Assembly (NCBI GenBank): GCA_003056265.1
Contig: NBVN01000017.1
Span: forward strand, 1 to 5,593
Direction: 5' to 3'
Origin: Zestosphaera tikiterensis
GTDB taxonomy: Archaea; Thermoproteota; Thermoprotei_A; Sulfolobales; NBVN01
DNA: 5,593 bases
Shown: positions 2,762 to 5,593 of the stretch, one piece after another
Position numbering within the stretch: position 1 is the stretch's first letter
Layout: every line of letters begins with the position of its first letter
Translations under genes and position numbers: made by a program
Notes under the pieces: generated by a model
Database searches by the model: none
Told to the model about the DNA's origin: nothing
The model's input: only the letters and a program-made list of their open reading frames with translations

Positions 2762-4114
2762 ATGGGGAGGAAGTCGGTGTGTATTGTTGGGGGTGGTCTT
2801 GCAGGCCTATCCACAGCTTACCACCTCCTTATTAAGGGTGTGAAGGACATTACTTTGATTGAGTTAAGCGATAGAGTTGGCGGCCTTCTAAAGTCTGAAG
2901 TTATCTCAGGATATACATTCGACGTCGGCGGTTCGCACATATTATTTAGTAAGAATTTAAGGACTCTTAACGAAATGCTTAACTTACTTAAGTGGGATGT
3001 GGTTAAACATTATAGGAATGCTAAGGTATTCTACAAAGGAACTTTCGTGAAATACCCGTTTGAGAATGGGTTAGGTGACCTACCCCCTGAGGAAAGGTTT
3101 GAATGCGTGTGGGATTTAATTAATACCTACGTTAAGAGAGTTAAGGGTGAGTTACCACAACCTAAGAATTTCCGTGAGTGGATAGTCTACGTGTTTGGAA
3201 ACGCTATAGCGAGTAAGTACTTAATACCTTATAATGAGAAGATATGGAAGGTGGACTTAAGCGAAGTAAGTCTTGAGTGGGTTGAGGGAAGGGTTCCAAA
3301 CCCACCTTTAGAAGACGTCGTTAAAAGTGCTGTAGGTTTAAGCGTAGAGGGTTATACACATCAACTTAATTTTTACTACCCATCATCAGGCGGTATAGAG
3401 TCTTTAGCTAAGGCGTTAAGCAAGGAAATCATCAACAAAGGCGTTGAGGTTTTGTTAAACAAGCCTGTGAAGCTTATCCGTAAATCAATAAACGGTATGT
3501 TGTTAGTTGAAGCTGAAGGTGTTGAGAAGGTTTGCGATGCGGTGGTGTATACAGCGCCTTTAAATAGATCTGCTGAAGTCCTAAGTGAGTTACTTAACGA
3601 CTTAAGCAATTCTTTAAAGGCTTTAAGATCCGTTCCCTTAGCGGTCGTGGGGTTGGCGGTAAGGGGGGAGGCGCTACCCTACCATTGGGTTTACTTCCCA
3701 AGCAGTAAGGAGTTATTCCATAGAGTTGCTATATTAAGTAACTTCTCACGAAGTAACGCTCCTGAAGGTGGTGTAGCGTTAATAGCTGAGGTCTCCTTCA
3801 GAAGTTTAGATGAGATGAACGCCGTAAGCGATGATGAACTCATTCATAAGGTTTACCAAGATTTAGAAGGGTCAGGTCTTGTAAGAAATCCAAAGCTGGA
3901 GTTCGGGGTTGTGCGACGTTGGGCTGACGCCTACATAATATACGACACTATTAGAAGCTCAGTTTTAAAGGAGGTCGTTAATAAGTTGAGGAAATACGGT
4001 GTCTACCCACACGGAAGGTTTGGTTCTTGGGAGTATTTAAACATGGATGCCGTATATGAGAAGTCCGCGAAGTTAGCGGATGAGGTTGTGACGTATTTAA
4101 CTAGGGCTTCCTAA
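2762..4114 (+). CDS. FAD-dependent oxidoreductase of the amine-oxidase / protoporphyrinogen-oxidase (HemY-like) / UDP-galactopyranose-mutase-like superfamily.
   Basis: The N-terminal dinucleotide-binding motif is SVCIVGGGLAGLSTAY...ELSDRVGG. Other matching motifs are FDVGGSHILFS, NFREWIVYVFGNAIASKYLIPYNEKIWKVDLSEVSLEWV, FYYPSSGGIESL and the C-terminal HGRFGSWEYLNMD. The ORF track starts at GTG 2726. ATG 2762 places GxGxxG 9 residues from the N-terminus and is preferred. The specific substrate cannot be called. Confidence 0.8.
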   Translation: MGRKSVCIVGGGLAGLSTAYHLLIKGVKDITLIELSDRVGGLLKSEVISGYTFDVGGSHILFSKNLRTLNEMLNLLKWDVVKHYRNAKVFYKGTFVKYPFENGLGDLPPEERFECVWDLINTYVKRVKGELPQPKNFREWIVYVFGNAIASKYLIPYNEKIWKVDLSEVSLEWVEGRVPNPPLEDVVKSAVGLSVEGYTHQLNFYYPSSGGIESLAKALSKEIINKGVEVLLNKPVKLIRKSINGMLLVEAEGVEKVCDAVVYTAPLNRSAEVLSELLNDLSNSLKALRSVPLAVVGLAVRGEALPYHWVYFPSSKELFHRVAILSNFSRSNAPEGGVALIAEVSFRSLDEMNAVSDDELIHKVYQDLEGSGLVRNPKLEFGVVRRWADAYIIYDTIRSSVLKEVVNKLRKYGVYPHGRFGSWEYLNMDAVYEKSAKLADEVVTYLTRAS

Positions 4115-4179
4115 CGTTCGTTTCCTTAACCGTTATTACTTCCCAAACAGATATTTCAACGGGATGTTAGAAGGTGTTG

Positions 4180-5593
4180 ATGCGTTTCTACCTCTTAGAC
4201 GTTAGTTATGAAGTTGAGGGTAACGTACCAGTAATTCTCATGTGGGGTTTAAAAGAGGACTCAACCCCTATCTTAATTAAGGATAATACCTTCAGACCTT
4301 ACTTCTACGCCTTAGTTGAGGATGAGAAGGCATTACCTGAAGTGAGGAAGAGGGTTAAGGCTTTAAGCAGGCCTTCCTCCCCCATACTTGAAGTCGTTGA
4401 AGTCGATAGGAAATACTTCGGTAAGCCGGTGAAAGCTTTAAAAATAACTACTTTAATCCCTGAAAGCGTAAGACATTATAGGGATGAGGTCTCTAAAATA
4501 CCTGGAGTTAAGGAAGTTTTAGAAGCGGATATTAGGTTCTCCATGAGGTACGTAATAGATAGGGACGCCCTCCCATGCGGTTGGTACGAAGCTGAGGTTG
4601 AGGTTTTAAGTAGGGATGCCAGGTATAGAGTTCCTGAGGTCTATCTTTTAAAGAGTGGTTTAAGAAGGATTGAGAGGAACCTACCACCGAAGCTTAAGGT
4701 TTTAGCGTTTGACATAGAGGTTTACAGCCCTTCAGGGTCTTTAAGGCCTTCTAAAGACCCTATAATCATAGTGGCGTTAGCCAACAACGACGGGGACGTT
4801 AAAGTACTTACCGCTGAGGATTTAAACAACGATGGAAAACTTATTGAGGAATTCGTTAATTACGTGTTGACTTACGACCCAGACATCATAGTAGGCTATA
4901 ACTCAAACATGTTTGACTGGCAATACCTACTCAGCAGGTCTGAATTCCTGAAGGTTAAGCTAGATGTTGGCAGAGCTAAGGGCGGCATCCCAAGACAGTC
5001 GGCTTACGGGCATATATCAGTTCCTGGGAGGCTTCACGTAGACCTCTACAACTTCGCCGAGGAAATACCTGAGATTAAGCTAAAGTCCTTAGATGAGGTA
5101 GCCGATTACCTAGGGGTTATGAAGAAAGATGAACGCACTTTAATACCTTGGTATGAAATACATAAGTTCTGGGACGACTTAAGTAAGAGACCCTTACTTG
5201 AGAAATACGCTAAGGAAGACGCGATATCCACGTTAGGCTTAGCTGAGAAGTTCCTACCCTTCGCTATGCAGTTATCAAGCCTTACAGGACTGCCTTTAGA
5301 TCAGGTAGGGGCTGCTTCAGTCGGTTACAGACTTGAGTGGTATTTAATGCGTGAAGCCTTTAAATACGGTGAGCTCATACCGAATAGGGTTGAGAGGGAG
5401 TACGAACCCTACAAAGGAGCTATAGTTTTAGAGCCTGCTAAAGGCGTTCATGAAAATATAGCGGTGTTGGACTTCACCTCAATGTACCCTAACATCATGA
5501 TTAAATATAACATAGGTCCTGACACATACGTTGACGGCGAATGCGGTGTTAACGAATGCTACATCATACCAGAGCTGAAGTATAAGTTTAGAG
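4180..5593 (+). CDS. polB: Family B DNA polymerase, N-terminal 471 codons. The gene continues past the right window edge.
   Basis: The frame is open from ATG 4180 to the window end. The N-terminus MRFYLLDVSYEVEGNVPVILMWG...FRPYFYALV matches family B polymerases. Exo I is LAFDIEV, Exo II is IVGYNSNMFDWQYL, Exo III is YAKEDAISTLGL, and polymerase motif A is VLDFTSMYPNIM. The short N-terminus resembles PolB3 / euryarchaeal PolB more than the crenarchaeal PolB1 type (tentative). A TATA-like ATATTT at 4151-4156 sits about 27 nt upstream of the ATG, which suggests a leaderless mRNA. The ORF is absent from the track because it has no stop in the window. Confidence 0.9.
   Translation, partial: MRFYLLDVSYEVEGNVPVILMWGLKEDSTPILIKDNTFRPYFYALVEDEKALPEVRKRVKALSRPSSPILEVVEVDRKYFGKPVKALKITTLIPESVRHYRDEVSKIPGVKEVLEADIRFSMRYVIDRDALPCGWYEAEVEVLSRDARYRVPEVYLLKSGLRRIERNLPPKLKVLAFDIEVYSPSGSLRPSKDPIIIVALANNDGDVKVLTAEDLNNDGKLIEEFVNYVLTYDPDIIVGYNSNMFDWQYLLSRSEFLKVKLDVGRAKGGIPRQSAYGHISVPGRLHVDLYNFAEEIPEIKLKSLDEVADYLGVMKKDERTLIPWYEIHKFWDDLSKRPLLEKYAKEDAISTLGLAEKFLPFAMQLSSLTGLPLDQVGAASVGYRLEWYLMREAFKYGELIPNRVEREYEPYKGAIVLEPAKGVHENIAVLDFTSMYPNIMIKYNIGPDTYVDGECGVNECYIIPELKYKFR

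Noticed and set aside
3376-3609. 77-aa minus-strand ORF inside the oxidoreductase gene.
   Set aside because: It is antisense to a strongly supported 450-aa CDS. It has no motifs, no promoter, and a typical shadow-ORF composition.
4519-4527. TTAGAAGCG inside polB, identical to the IS-end/flank junction at 2323-2331. This raised the possibility of a second omega-RNA target.
   Set aside because: The match stops after 3 guide nucleotides (GCGGATATT versus GCGATGGTA). A 9-mer coincidence is expected by chance at this window size.
1-5593. CRISPR arrays, tRNA/rRNA genes and classical terminal-inverted-repeat transposons.
   Set aside because: I saw no regularly spaced direct repeats, no tRNA cloverleaf or T-arm (GGTTCGAATCC-type) sequences, and no rRNA-like segments. 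The only mobile-element ends present are hairpin-type (IS200/IS605-like).

Overview
This looks like an archaeal chromosomal segment. I would guess a Thermoproteales-type crenarchaeon (Caldivirga or Vulcanisaeta-like). The grounds are TATA-box promoters about 25 nt from starts, AGG/AGA/TTA-rich codon usage, and G+C-rich RNA-like islands in otherwise A+T-rich DNA. No search was possible, so the source is a guess.

Gene order, left to right:
- The N-terminal part of a KaiC/RadB-like RecA-superfamily ATPase (minus strand, 1-298), followed by a short divergent promoter.
- A PPC/DUF296-domain gene split into two pieces (355-616 and 2329-2471) by a 1712-bp insertion (617-2328).
- A GC-rich intergenic region carrying a candidate structured RNA on the minus strand (about 2451-2610).
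- An FAD-dependent oxidoreductase of the amine-oxidase / protoporphyrinogen-oxidase / UDP-galactopyranose-mutase-like fold (2762-4114).
- The first 471 codons of a family B DNA polymerase (4180 to the window end).

The insertion appears composite. A 235-bp non-coding module (617-851) is followed by a 1477-bp tnpB-only IS200/IS605-family (IS1341-like) element (852-2328). That element has matching subterminal hairpins, a CTTAGAA heptamer both on its left flank and as its last 7 nt, a 3' omega-RNA-like scaffold, and an unusual promoter-proximal 5' hairpin rich in G-U pairs.

The main surprise is a homologous copy of the IS hairpin-TATA-G-run promoter module in the opposite orientation at 2597-2666. 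There it would drive a different structured RNA carrying two K-loop-like motifs. I could not assign that RNA, or the one in the 235-bp module, to any known family. All RNA calls rest on hand folding and need experimental or covariation support.
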